Below, piece after piece: positions 10,887 through 21,784 of a stretch of DNA of 64,000 bases; the first letter of the stretch is position 1, and each line of letters begins with the position of its first letter. A program made the position numbers and the translations under genes. The notes under the pieces are model-generated. The model was not told the origin of the DNA. It worked only from the letters and a program-made list of their open reading frames with translations, and searched no databases. Origin of the DNA: Candidatus Hodarchaeota archaeon (GTDB lineage Archaea; Asgardarchaeota; Lokiarchaeia; Sigyniarchaeales; SOKP01). The stretch spans positions 96,001-160,000 of the forward strand of contig JBHLKM010000003.1 of assembly GCA_048886685.1 (NCBI GenBank), read 5' to 3'.

Positions 10887-11759
10887 TCATTTGAGCTGTT
10901 CATAGTTATTAGCTATTACCATTATAAGGAGTGCTAATAATATTATCAATGGTGGTACTATTGCTCTTACATGAGGTAAATCAGCTACGTCAAGTGCCCC
11001 TTGTAATATTCTTCCTCCAATAAAATATAAGAGGAACCCAATAGCGTTTAAGGCATATGATTTTCTTAATACTCCAAAAGTTTTCCAGGCAAGATATAGA
11101 AATATAAATGGGATTAACGCCAGGAACAATGGCATAAAAATGAAATTAAATAAAAATCTCCCAATAGGATATTCCCAAGATCCTATTTTTATTAATTTTA
11201 TATCACCTGATATACTATATTGACTTGGAAAATCTGGATCCATGAAAAGCCATTCTGATAGAGTTAAAGAGAGAAAACCTATTATGACAGGAACAACAAT
11301 TAAACCAAGACGAATCAGTAATTTGATGTTATTTTTATTATTGAACCAATCTCTAATTGATTTACCCTTCTCTTCCTCTTTTTCTGCCCCTGCCTCCGGA
11401 GGAAACAGTAAAATTCCCAATACTCCTACAGCACAAGCAGTTCCCAACCAAGTAAAAAATGTAGCAAAACGGTAATTAAACATTAAAAAATCTACAACTT
11501 CTGCGCCATTTCCAGGGGGTGGAGAAGATTCATAAAGTTCTGGAGCGTAAAAATAATATATTATAAAAAATACCCGTGCAATACCAAAACATAGAAAAAA
11601 TAAGCTAAAAAATAACCAATATAATTTCTTAGAAGTTCGAAATCTTATAAATAGGAAGTAGAAAAACAATAAAAAGAAATAGCCTACAATGACATAGTAA
11701 AGACCCATTTCAATAGCATCCCAAAACCCAAAATATTGATAAATATCTTGAAACAACAT
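10887..11759 (-). CDS. Seven-transmembrane membrane protein, unknown function
   Basis: Seven hydrophobic segments with two longer polar loops. Confidence 0.75.
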   Translation of the reverse strand: MLFQDIYQYFGFWDAIEMGLYYVIVGYFFLLFFYFLFIRFRTSKKLYWLFFSLFFLCFGIARVFFIIYYFYAPELYESSPPPGNGAEVVDFLMFNYRFATFFTWLGTACAVGVLGILLFPPEAGAEKEEEKGKSIRDWFNNKNNIKLLIRLGLIVVPVIIGFLSLTLSEWLFMDPDFPSQYSISGDIKLIKIGSWEYPIGRFLFNFIFMPLFLALIPFIFLYLAWKTFGVLRKSYALNAIGFLLYFIGGRILQGALDVADLPHVRAIVPPLIILLALLIMVIANNYEQLK

Positions 11760-11878
11760 AATAAGTTAATTTTTTTTATTACTTTGAATAATATTATTAT
11801 CTTTTAGTTGTATAAAAATTTATTTCAATTTGAGTAATTCTTAAAATACAAATATTATCAATTACTTTAAAAATCTAT

Positions 11879-13372
11879 ATGAAAATCGAGAATAACATTG
11901 AAACGTTTAACTCATTAATAAAACGTCGCGGGTTCATTTGGGGCCCATCACCAGAAATTTATGGTGGTTTTGCTGGTTTTTACTCCTATGGTCCGGCAGG
12001 GATGGCTCTTAAAAACAATATATTAGAACTTTTTAGACGAGAATGTCGTTTTTTTGGTTTTGGGGAAGTTGAGTGCCCAACAATAATGCCAAGTATCGTT
12101 TGGGAAGCTTCAGGGCACTTAGAAAGATTTATTGACCCAGTGATGAGATGTAATAAATGTAACACATTATATAGAGCAGATAAATTACTTCAAGAAAATC
12201 TTCCTGATCTTATGATTGATGGCTTATCATTTGATGAAATGGAGAATTTAGTTAAGAAACATGAATTATCTTGCCCTAAATGTGGATATAAATTTCAAAA
12301 AATCGAAGAATATAATTTAATGCTAAAAACTTCTGTAGGAAACAATGTCACAGCTTATTTACGCCCTGAAACGGCAACTACAACATATCTACTTTTCAAT
12401 CGTTTAAACCAAGATGCACGTAGACAATATCCTATTAAAATATATCAATTTGGTAAAGCATATAGGAATGAAATCTCACCTAGACAAGGAGTTCTACGAA
12501 TGAGGTCTTTTGATCAATTTGAACTTCAAATATTTATCAGTCGAGAACAAGAAATGGATTACGAGGATTATGAAGATGTAAAACTGAACAAATTACCACT
12601 TTTAGATTGGAAATTACAAGAAAAAGGTATTAGTAAACCTAATATAATTTCACTTGATAAAGCTATAAAAGATAAAACTCTTAAAAAACCAGCTTATGCT
12701 TATTGCCTTTATGTGGCATACTATTTAACAAAAATTCTAGGTATCCCAGAAGAATTAATCAGATTTAGACAACATTCAATAAATGAACGGGCTCATTACG
12801 CTGACGATGCGTGGGATTTAGAAATTAAAACAAGACAATTTGATTGGGTAGAAATATGCGGAATTCATGATAGAACTGATTATGATCTGAAAAGGCACGC
12901 TGAATATTCAAAACAAAACTTTGAGATTAATATGGGAACTGACCCAAGTATTAAGGAAATTCCACAAGTTCTTGAAATTGCCTTTGGAATTGATAGAATT
13001 ATTTACACACTACTCGAAACTACCTTTAATATTGATGAAGGAAGAATTATACTCAAACTTAAACCAACTTTAGCACCAAATACAGTAGCAGTATTTCCTC
13101 TCGTTAGAAATAAAGAAAATATTAGAAAACTCGCATTAAAGATTCACAGAGACTTGTTGGAAAATCGTATAAGCTCTTTTTATGATGCAGCCGGTTCTAT
13201 AGGGAAGAGATATCGAAGGCAAGACGAGCTAGGTACTAAATGGTGTATAACTATAGATTATGAATCATTAGATGACAATTCTATTACACTTAGAGACCGT
13301 GATTCAATGGAACAAATACGAATTAATATTTCAAATCTTTCTGAAACTATAAAAAAGAAACAACAAGAGTAA
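11879..13372 (+). CDS. glyS: Glycine--tRNA ligase (alpha2, archaeal/eukaryotic type)
   Basis: YLRPETA, GKAYRNEISPRQG, ERAHYA, GIHDRTDYDL, FGIDR, GSIGKRYRRQDE. Confidence 0.96.
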   Translation: MKIENNIETFNSLIKRRGFIWGPSPEIYGGFAGFYSYGPAGMALKNNILELFRRECRFFGFGEVECPTIMPSIVWEASGHLERFIDPVMRCNKCNTLYRADKLLQENLPDLMIDGLSFDEMENLVKKHELSCPKCGYKFQKIEEYNLMLKTSVGNNVTAYLRPETATTTYLLFNRLNQDARRQYPIKIYQFGKAYRNEISPRQGVLRMRSFDQFELQIFISREQEMDYEDYEDVKLNKLPLLDWKLQEKGISKPNIISLDKAIKDKTLKKPAYAYCLYVAYYLTKILGIPEELIRFRQHSINERAHYADDAWDLEIKTRQFDWVEICGIHDRTDYDLKRHAEYSKQNFEINMGTDPSIKEIPQVLEIAFGIDRIIYTLLETTFNIDEGRIILKLKPTLAPNTVAVFPLVRNKENIRKLALKIHRDLLENRISSFYDAAGSIGKRYRRQDELGTKWCITIDYESLDDNSITLRDRDSMEQIRINISNLSETIKKKQQE

Positions 13373-13503
13373 TTTCTTACATTTTTGCTTAATATTTTGA
13401 TCTTTTTGATTCTTTCAGAAAAAATTTTAAAGAGAAGCATTTTTTAAAAATATAAATTGAAAATTATACCATTATTACAAATATCAATCTTATTCAATCT
13501 GAT

Positions 13504-16299
13504 ATGAGTTTTTTTAAATTCTATACTATAGGAAAGAAACATAGGCAAAAAAAACAATATATTAAAATATTAATCTGTATTTTCTTTGCTTTACTCTTTA
13601 CATTAAACTTTTTCGATCATTTATCTTTAAACCAAGTAAATGGTCCTATTAAAGATTTTAATAGCGAGAATAAAGATCTTTTCAATTTTGATAAATCTGA
13701 TTTAGATATCACTACAGATCTTTCTATGCTTGAAAATCCTTTTACTGAAAATTTTGATTTACTACGAATTTTTTTTGACACTAAGTATAAATCCAGTTTA
13801 GATCTTGATATCTTTCTATATTATAGAGAGGGAGATACAAATGGAATAATCACAGATGACACGATTTATTCAGAGGATAATCTGCTAATGTACAATTCAT
13901 TAATGAAAACGGAATTAGACTCAACTGAAATTTTTAATACTTATTTAAAGTTGAAATCAACTCCTTTATGGTATGAGGATGATAATGGGCAATTCAATTA
14001 CGGTTTTGTAAGGTCAGTTGATAACTCTACTGGTGAAGTGAAGGATGATAATAGATATTTAATTGATAACGTGTTACCAATTTTTTTACTGATTGAAACT
14101 ATTGGCGAAGACATCGATGATATTTCAATAAATGGCGAATTTCCTAAAGATTCAATTGAAGAAATGTTTTCTCTTATAAATTCTACTAATTTTTGGGATG
14201 AAACTTATGATGGATTTTTTAATTCTAATTCCACATCAAATAAATACTCTGAAAGCAACTTTTATAGTATTTTGGCAAATCTACTAATCCATCGGACATA
14301 TCATCAACAAAATATAGGTAATAATATAAAAGATAGAGCATATGAATTAGCAGATAAGACAATGGATGCTATTATAAATAATATGTGGGATTCAACTGGT
14401 AAAGCTTTTTATTATAATGCAGATATAGATTGGGACACTTCAACTGCAGGACAAAAATATTATCACTTAGATGTGAATGCTTTAGGAATCATAGCTTTAT
14501 TAGAATATTGGGTTGGATCTGGAATGGAAAGTGATTCACCCTTTTTTATAAAAGCAGTAAACCTTTACAATAGCTTAGATAGTAACTTATGGAATTCAAT
14601 TGATAAACTCTATCACAAAGTTGCTCAACCTAATTGGAATATTATCAATTTTGATTATGACCTTGCTGCGAATGCTCTAATGCTAGAAGCGTGTATACGC
14701 TTATTCCAGCTTACAGGAAATATAACCTATTACGATAGAGCTATTGAAATTTTCAATTCATTTGAAAATAATTTATTTGATAGCACAAATAATGCATATA
14801 ATTATGCTTTAGCAGATACTAGCAAGAATTTTAACTCCAACTTAAAGTTATTTGATGCTTATCTGAGAGCATCTAACACTTTTAGTAGTACAATATTAGA
14901 TGCAAACTATAATCTGACTGCTACAGTCCCTAATTTTGTTTTTAATCAAGATATTATGAATTTAACATCATATTTTGCATTTGAGAATATAGAATACTAT
15001 TACAACCTTTCAATTGATTCCTATGTTCCTTTTACTACAAAACATAATATTACTGATGCCGATATAAATTATATCTTTAAATATCCAAATGGGACATTTT
15101 TAGACCAATTTAATCATCAAATTATTAGTCCAGATGAGTCTCATACTCTCATATACGATATCGAAGAAACCCTTCCGATAGGAGAAGGTTATTATATTTA
15201 TATTTGGGCGAATAAAACATATTTTAATCTGGCTGACACTATTAAACGCTTCAATGTCAATTCTGGGCTAATAAATGAAACAATTGAGGGCCTAGTTAGT
15301 TTTCTCTATCAAGGACCACTCTTAAATATAACACTTCCCATTAATTATACTAGAAAAGACAATTTAACACTAACCGCGTCTTTGGAGGGTAATGATATAA
15401 TTAATTTTACGGCACAAGAAATTAATTTTACCGCAAGTACTGAATTGGATGAACTCACTTATATTGAATTTAATCTTACTGCTAGACTTGGAGCTATTCC
15501 TGGTCCTAGTGTAATTGTATTTAAAATAACTCAAGGAAATATATTATATCTTGAAATAAAAAAAATAATAGAAATTGGGTATTCATTTGATTATGAAAAT
15601 CTATTATATCAAAGTAGGGTTGTTAGTGGTGAAAATATTGAAATTTTTATGAACTTGATCAATTACTTACCAAATGCTACACAATTATTGAATGTGAGTT
15701 TTACAGGAAAAACAAAAAATTCAATTGAACCTTATATTCAAGAAGAAACTTTAGATGAAAAAGAGATAAGAACAGTTTCTTACAATCTAAAAACTCTTGA
15801 AAATATTGAAAATGATATTATTAGAATCGAAATGGCTATAAAACAAAATACAACAACATATTACACTGAAGAATTGACTATAGAAATTATACCTAGATTT
15901 GAAATTATAAGTGTCTCATTCCCAAAAACAGTCACTCAAGGAGCAGCAGCTTACTTTATAGCTGTATTAAAAAATAACTTAGATCATCCAGAAGGAATTT
16001 CTTTATTTTTTAATGGAGAATTAGTGCAATCTAACATTGAAGAACTTATCCCTGGTGAGAACAGGATTGAAAAAAAAATCATCCCTGCTACAAATCCATA
16101 TGAGTTTGGAACTAAGACTTATAGGGTAATCCTAAAAGATAGTGAAAATAATGAAATTGCAAGATTCTTTTTTGAAATTACATTAGAACTCTCAACATTT
16201 AATTTAATAATTTTCTATGTCGTCCCTGTTATCATTCCGATTGGTATTATTTTATACTTTTTACATAAACAGTTAAAATATAAAAAATTGAGAAGATGA
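13504..16299 (+). CDS. Large membrane-anchored surface glycoprotein with alpha/alpha-barrel (GH76/six-hairpin-like) domain and beta-rich stalk
   Basis: N-terminal signal/TM; helical-hairpin motifs (ANALMLEACIRLFQLTGNITYYDRA); many N-x-S/T sequons; C-terminal TM plus basic tail. Confidence 0.65.
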   Translation: MSFFKFYTIGKKHRQKKQYIKILICIFFALLFTLNFFDHLSLNQVNGPIKDFNSENKDLFNFDKSDLDITTDLSMLENPFTENFDLLRIFFDTKYKSSLDLDIFLYYREGDTNGIITDDTIYSEDNLLMYNSLMKTELDSTEIFNTYLKLKSTPLWYEDDNGQFNYGFVRSVDNSTGEVKDDNRYLIDNVLPIFLLIETIGEDIDDISINGEFPKDSIEEMFSLINSTNFWDETYDGFFNSNSTSNKYSESNFYSILANLLIHRTYHQQNIGNNIKDRAYELADKTMDAIINNMWDSTGKAFYYNADIDWDTSTAGQKYYHLDVNALGIIALLEYWVGSGMESDSPFFIKAVNLYNSLDSNLWNSIDKLYHKVAQPNWNIINFDYDLAANALMLEACIRLFQLTGNITYYDRAIEIFNSFENNLFDSTNNAYNYALADTSKNFNSNLKLFDAYLRASNTFSSTILDANYNLTATVPNFVFNQDIMNLTSYFAFENIEYYYNLSIDSYVPFTTKHNITDADINYIFKYPNGTFLDQFNHQIISPDESHTLIYDIEETLPIGEGYYIYIWANKTYFNLADTIKRFNVNSGLINETIEGLVSFLYQGPLLNITLPINYTRKDNLTLTASLEGNDIINFTAQEINFTASTELDELTYIEFNLTARLGAIPGPSVIVFKITQGNILYLEIKKIIEIGYSFDYENLLYQSRVVSGENIEIFMNLINYLPNATQLLNVSFTGKTKNSIEPYIQEETLDEKEIRTVSYNLKTLENIENDIIRIEMAIKQNTTTYYTEELTIEIIPRFEIISVSFPKTVTQGAAAYFIAVLKNNLDHPEGISLFFNGELVQSNIEELIPGENRIEKKIIPATNPYEFGTKTYRVILKDSENNEIARFFFEITLELSTFNLIIFYVVPVIIPIGIILYFLHKQLKYKKLRR

Positions 16300-16305
16300 A
16301 AACTA

Positions 16306-17979
16306 TTGAGAAATAGAAAACATATCAGTATTGCTTTAATTCTTTTTATTGTATTTAGTACTTTTTTTAGTGTTGCTTTATTTTCCTTTAGCGAAGCCCC
16401 AATTTCAGATATAGATAATGAAAAAAGATCTTTCAAACCCAAATTAGCAGATGGCCCTCCCTTACCTTATTATGCGATAAATCGAAGTGCTGAAAGCATT
16501 TATCGACTTTTTGAGTCTGTTAATTTCACAATTGACACCTTCGGATATAGCGACGTTGATCATGCGGATATGCGAATAGATTTTTCTAATGGCTCTACTA
16601 TAGATTATAATATGCAAAATGTTGCGCCTAATAGATATTCCTATGAGTATAAACCAAGGTATGATGCACATTTAGGACTTCAGAATGTAAGTTTTCTTAT
16701 TTACAATATTACCAATACACTATTAAATGCACATACAACTTATACAAATTTTACAATTAAAACTAACTACTTAGCAACCAATATTAATTCTGAATATTAC
16801 ATTGGAGATGAATTAAATCCGAATTTTCTTATTACAAATTGTTCAAAATGGAATCTTACCATTGTAGATAGTACAGTTGAATCGGTACAGCGCAATATAA
16901 CTAACTTTGAATATAATTCTTTTCAATTTACTTATCGAATTAACAACGAAACTTTTTATAACTTTTTAGATCAAACTTTTTTTATTAAACTCAATATGAC
17001 AAATACAGACTTTGGGATTAAAGGCGCTGCATATTTTCCATTTAAAGTTTTAAATACGAATCCCATAATAAATATTGCTTCAATTACATTTACTCCAGAA
17101 GAACCATACAGGGATGAAGATTGTGAGATTACTCTAAATGTGACTGATTTAGAAGACCTCTCAGAAAATCTGAAAGTAATTGTGTCTATTGAAGATCCTA
17201 ACGGGCTCTTACTTAAAACGATTGTATTAAGTCATGATGCTAATATCACTTTTTCAGGGGATTTTTCTGTTCCTACGGAAAGGCCTGTTGGAAGATATAA
17301 GGCTGATATTAGAGCAGAAGACCTAGTTGATGGAACTGAATCTATAACTGTATATTTCATGGTCAAAAATAACCTACCTGAAATTCACAGCTATAAGATT
17401 AATGGAAGATCAGGGGATCAAGGATTGTCAATATTATATGGTAAAAATTTGATCTTTTCTTTTAATGTTTCGGATGTAGAAGGAGTTGCTTACGTTAAAG
17501 TCGCTCTTTTAGATGAAAATTATGAATGGTATAATATAACTCGAGATTATATCGGGATTGATACAGAAATAACTATCCGGACTATTGATTTAATAACTGG
17601 TGTCTGGTATGTCTATATTTATGTTATAGATTCTGACGGAGTAATCATAAGCCTTATAGATGATTATGATAAAGCACCTCAAGCAATAACTATTATTCCT
17701 GATCGATTAAGTGATTACTTACCCTGGATAATTTTTTTTCTGGGATTAATCTTAGGTATTTTAATAAGTGTTGGGCTTGTTTACAGACATTTTAAATCAA
17801 AAATGATTGATTCAAAAGCTGTACTTCCCAAAAAGAAAGAAATATCACCAAAAAAACCGTCAGAAAAGAAAAAAGTGGAACAAGTTAAAGAAATTGTTGA
17901 AGAAAAAGACACAATAGAAAAAACGCCAGAACAAAAAGAAGAGAGGGTGCCTAAACGTAGAATAAAAAGAAGATTATAA
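16306..17979 (+). CDS. Membrane-anchored surface glycoprotein with Ig-like repeats and charged cytoplasmic tail
   Basis: Signal peptide; repeated N..P.I...V.D.EG beta-sandwich pattern; TM WIIFFLGLILGILISVGLV; K/E-rich tail. Confidence 0.7.
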   Translation: MRNRKHISIALILFIVFSTFFSVALFSFSEAPISDIDNEKRSFKPKLADGPPLPYYAINRSAESIYRLFESVNFTIDTFGYSDVDHADMRIDFSNGSTIDYNMQNVAPNRYSYEYKPRYDAHLGLQNVSFLIYNITNTLLNAHTTYTNFTIKTNYLATNINSEYYIGDELNPNFLITNCSKWNLTIVDSTVESVQRNITNFEYNSFQFTYRINNETFYNFLDQTFFIKLNMTNTDFGIKGAAYFPFKVLNTNPIINIASITFTPEEPYRDEDCEITLNVTDLEDLSENLKVIVSIEDPNGLLLKTIVLSHDANITFSGDFSVPTERPVGRYKADIRAEDLVDGTESITVYFMVKNNLPEIHSYKINGRSGDQGLSILYGKNLIFSFNVSDVEGVAYVKVALLDENYEWYNITRDYIGIDTEITIRTIDLITGVWYVYIYVIDSDGVIISLIDDYDKAPQAITIIPDRLSDYLPWIIFFLGLILGILISVGLVYRHFKSKMIDSKAVLPKKKEISPKKPSEKKKVEQVKEIVEEKDTIEKTPEQKEERVPKRRIKRRL

Positions 17980-18033
17980 ATGTATAAAATTTCTCTGTTA
18001 TTTTCTTCTTTATAAAATCACTATTTTAATTTA

Positions 18034-18945
18034 TTATTGTAAGATATCGTAAAGCTTATATTGAAATTTCCCAAGTTTACCTCCAAAATTACCTGCAGAG
18101 ATTCTATTTATACCAGAAACTTTTACCGCTGCTTCAATTCCTAGTTTCATCGCAGTTTTTATCGATTTTTCTGTAGCTCCATCTAAGATTATCTCATAAA
18201 CACAGTTATCTCCTTCACGCAAATCTGAATTTTCAATTTTATTTTTAAGAGTTGGACAGAGTGGATCATTAGTGGATGCATTCAAAAAACTATATTTTGA
18301 TCCTACTTTTGATCCAGATCGTGCTATACCACCAGGGAATGGAGCTATCACGTTGGGCACATCTTTTATTGCATCTATTGCCTTTTCGGCAGCTTCAAGG
18401 GCAAGATCTTGATTTTCTCCAATTATTAAGAAATTTCCTCCCGCAATTCCCTTCCCTACTTTCGCCATACTTTGGACTATAAATTCTCCTTCCATAACTG
18501 GTATTGACCACGCCTCAAAGGGGAACTTACCTTCAATCTTCTCTTGAAACCCATCACCAAAAAATTTAAGATTTGCGCCTATTTTTATTTCAAATTCTTT
18601 TTCAGGGTCTAATGATTCATCTAATGCATCATAACAAGCAGTGGTGGGGCATGTCAAGACACATTGTCCCAGTCGATTCATTACAACGTTACTCACCTGA
18701 TCCTTTTTTGTTTTAAAAAACATTACTATCACTCCCGGACGATTATCTGGGGTTCTATCTGAAGGGACAAAGATATCTATTCCTGCTTCAGCATCACAAT
18801 GAATTGTTGATGTTCCATAACCTGTTGAAACTAATGCAGCAATTTTCGCCCACTTTTCATTCTTAGCAGTAATTAGTATTCGTGTAAAGAAACCACCAAA
18901 AGCTTCACAGAAGGTATCTTCAATTTCTACACCATTTAAATCCAT
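18034..18945 (-). CDS. ftr: Formylmethanofuran--tetrahydromethanopterin N-formyltransferase
   Basis: NGVEIEDTFCEAF, CDAEAG, TPDNRPG, GQCVLTCPTTA, IPVMEGEF, RSGSKVGSKY, SAGNFGGKLG. Confidence 0.97.
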   Translation of the reverse strand: MDLNGVEIEDTFCEAFGGFFTRILITAKNEKWAKIAALVSTGYGTSTIHCDAEAGIDIFVPSDRTPDNRPGVIVMFFKTKKDQVSNVVMNRLGQCVLTCPTTACYDALDESLDPEKEFEIKIGANLKFFGDGFQEKIEGKFPFEAWSIPVMEGEFIVQSMAKVGKGIAGGNFLIIGENQDLALEAAEKAIDAIKDVPNVIAPFPGGIARSGSKVGSKYSFLNASTNDPLCPTLKNKIENSDLREGDNCVYEIILDGATEKSIKTAMKLGIEAAVKVSGINRISAGNFGGKLGKFQYKLYDILQ

Positions 18946-19118
18946 TTTGAGTATTACTCCTTCTAATTTATTATTTTCAAAATATAATTTTTAATTATTG
19001 TATGAACTAATAGCATTCTATTTTATATAAAATTTTAAAAAAAAAATAAAAACATTGAACAATTGTATGGAATTATATTTTCAAATTAAAATTGAAATTA
19101 CTAACTATGCTGTAAAAA

Positions 19119-19955
19119 ATGAGTGAAAGAGTACTTAAGATTGGAATATTAAAGAATGGAACTATTGGATCATCTCTATTACTTGCTTTCTTAATGGATG
19201 AGCGTGCTGAAGCTACGCGGATTAATGTATACGAAGTTACATCTGGTGCAAAAATGCACCCTCCCGAAATGTGCACAAAAACTATGGAAGATCTACTAAA
19301 ATGGAATCCTGAACTAATTGTTATGTCAAGTCCTAATGCTGCTTTACCAGGACCAAAATCGGCCAGAGAAATGGCAGGAGATATTCCTACAATAGTTATT
19401 TCAGATGCACCGGCTAAAAAAGCGGTTGATGAAATTAAAGAAAAGAACATGGGTTATATTTTAGTAAATTGTGACAGTATGATTGGAGCACGCAGACCCT
19501 TCCTCGACCCGATCGAGATGAGTATTTACAATTCTGACTTATTAAAGGTTCTTGCAATAACTGGAGCACTTCAAGTAATTACTGAAGAATTAAATAAAGT
19601 TATTATGGACATGTTAGAGGGAAGAGCACCTACTTTACCACAAATAATCGTGGACTCGAATAAAGCTACAGCAGCTGCGAATTTCTCTAATCCATATGCA
19701 AGAGCAAAAGCTATTGCTGCTTTTGAATTAGCGGCATCTGTTTCAAATATTACAGGAAAGGCATGTTTTCAGTTAAAAGAGAGATCTGAATATATGCCAT
19801 TACTTGCAACTGCCCATGAGATGATGAGAACTGCTGCTCTAATGTGTGATGAAGCAAGAGAAATTGAGAAAGCTAATGATACGGTAATAAGAAGACCGCA
19901 TCACGCTAAGCAGCAGCTCCTCACAAAAATAGGATTATATGATAAAGAACAGTGA
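19119..19955 (+). CDS. mtd: F420-dependent methylene-H4MPT dehydrogenase
   Basis: KNGTIG, MDERAE, SGAKM, SPNAALPGP, DSMIGARRPFLDP, AHEM, AREIEKAND...RRPH. Confidence 0.95.
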   Translation: MSERVLKIGILKNGTIGSSLLLAFLMDERAEATRINVYEVTSGAKMHPPEMCTKTMEDLLKWNPELIVMSSPNAALPGPKSAREMAGDIPTIVISDAPAKKAVDEIKEKNMGYILVNCDSMIGARRPFLDPIEMSIYNSDLLKVLAITGALQVITEELNKVIMDMLEGRAPTLPQIIVDSNKATAAANFSNPYARAKAIAAFELAASVSNITGKACFQLKERSEYMPLLATAHEMMRTAALMCDEAREIEKANDTVIRRPHHAKQQLLTKIGLYDKEQ

Positions 19956-20025
19956 TTACTCAATCAGAAAGGAAATAGTCTTCAATATTTTCTTTTTTAT
20001 TTTAAATATTTTTTTTCTAAATAAG

Positions 20026-20982
20026 CTAAAATTCAGAAGATTTTAAATATATTTTTAAATTATTGAAAGCCTCTCCATTGAGAGCACCCATTACTCCTGC
20101 AAAAACTTCGGGTCGCTTACTTCTTGTAACAGCCATTAAAACGGCTCCATTAATAACTTCTTTTACTAATATCCAACAATCTTCTGATTCGTAAACTACA
20201 GTTGATAATTTTAATGGAGATAAATTCGAGATATTTTGAAATTCCATGATTTGTTGATAAATACCATAGATATTAGAATCTAGCGTTCCAATCTCAAATT
20301 TCATAAATTGTAAAGGCTTAGATTCAAATTTACCAAATGTTGATGTAATTAATAAGCCATCAGGCTGGTTGAATAAGAGGTATTCTGATAAAGTATTAAT
20401 CTTTAATTCATCCAGTAAATGACGAATCTTTCCTAAACGTTGTAGGGATAAAGTATTTTTCTGGATCTCAAAATCTAAAATTTCTATTAACCTATGTTGA
20501 GCACTTCCTTCTTTTACGGACACAGGAGTGAACGAAATCTTATCAAGTAATTTCCCGTTTAGCCCTTTAGATAATACCTCGTAATATTCATCTTCTTTTG
20601 ATTCTTGTAAATCAATTTTATTTAACAATACATATGCTTGATCTATTTCAGGAGAAAATTCGAACAAATATTTCAAGAAATTATCAAAAATATCACGTAC
20701 TCCCGCGTCTACTAGAGCAGAATCCACCATAAAAACTGCAGTAGTGACTTCTGAAAATATAAGTCCTCGCTGAGATTCGGAGAAATATCTTTCTAAATAT
20801 CGCTCTTGACCACCTAAATCCCAAATTGATAACTCTAAAATTCCTCTAAAAATAAAATTTTCTCTTGAAACACCTTTAGTAGGTTTTAAATTGAGAACTT
20901 TCATAAAATTGTATCCTAGACAGGTAGTTCTCATTAAGCTTGTCTTTCCTGCACCAGCAGGTCCAAATAAAAGAACTTTCAT
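20026..20982 (-). CDS. Rag/Gtr1-like GTPase with C-terminal roadblock/longin-like domain
   Basis: GPAGAGKTS, WDLGGQERYLERYFSESQRGLIFSEV (compare RagA WDCGGQ...YF.SQR..IF..V), NKID; C-terminal LFNQPDGLLITS. Confidence 0.85.
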   Translation of the reverse strand: MKVLLFGPAGAGKTSLMRTTCLGYNFMKVLNLKPTKGVSRENFIFRGILELSIWDLGGQERYLERYFSESQRGLIFSEVTTAVFMVDSALVDAGVRDIFDNFLKYLFEFSPEIDQAYVLLNKIDLQESKEDEYYEVLSKGLNGKLLDKISFTPVSVKEGSAQHRLIEILDFEIQKNTLSLQRLGKIRHLLDELKINTLSEYLLFNQPDGLLITSTFGKFESKPLQFMKFEIGTLDSNIYGIYQQIMEFQNISNLSPLKLSTVVYESEDCWILVKEVINGAVLMAVTRSKRPEVFAGVMGALNGEAFNNLKIYLKSSEF

Positions 20983-21221
20983 CGTGATTTAATTTTTTTT
21001 TAGAATATAATTAAGAAATCAATACATTAATATTATTTTCTATGAAATTAATTGATTTTATATAATCTTTATAATTTTATCTTTATTTAATTTTTTCTAA
21101 TTCTTAAAAAGAGAATTTAGATTAAAATTAAATTGATGAAATGACGATCCAATTAAATATAATTTTTAATTTAATTAAATACGATATAAATATAATCATA
21201 AAAAAAAGGATCAAAAATAAA

Positions 21222-21749
21222 ATGGACCTTTTAAAATATATACGCAATGTACCTGATTTTCCAGTTAAAGGAATCCAATTCAAGGACATTACTACTTTGG
21301 CTAAACTTCACGCACCTTTTAAAGATTCTTGCGACCAAATAATAAATCACTTCAGAGATAAAGGTATAACTAAAGTCACTGCAATTGAAGCAAGAGGGTA
21401 CGTTTGGGGGGGAGTTATAGCATACCAATTAGGAGCTGGGTTTGTTTTAATTAGAAAGCCAGGAAAATTACCTGCTCAGACGATTAGTGAGACATATGAA
21501 CTTGAATATGGCACAGATTCTATTGAAATGCACCGTGATGCTATTGAAGAAGGAGAGAAAGTATTAGTTTTTGATGACTTACTAGCAACTGGTGGCACAG
21601 CGAAAGCAGCATGCAATCTAGTTGAGAAAGCAGGGGGAGTAGTTGTTGGGGTTGCTTTTATAATTGAGTTAACGGGAAGTTTACATGGTAGAGATAAATT
21701 AAAGGGTTATAATACCATTTCTTTAATAGAGATTCCAGTTGAAGAATAA
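21222..21749 (+). CDS. apt: Adenine phosphoribosyltransferase
   Basis: PDFPVKGIQFKDIT, EARG, RKPGKLP, YELEYG, VFDDLLATGGT; start set at MDLLKY. Confidence 0.96.
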   Translation: MDLLKYIRNVPDFPVKGIQFKDITTLAKLHAPFKDSCDQIINHFRDKGITKVTAIEARGYVWGGVIAYQLGAGFVLIRKPGKLPAQTISETYELEYGTDSIEMHRDAIEEGEKVLVFDDLLATGGTAKAACNLVEKAGGVVVGVAFIIELTGSLHGRDKLKGYNTISLIEIPVEE

Positions 21750-21784
21750 AATAATATGTAAAGATATTTAATCAAGTCTTTTTT

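Noticed and set aside
21141-21221. N-terminal extension of Apt in the ORF track
   Set aside because: AT-rich promoter-like sequence; family similarity begins at ATG 21222.
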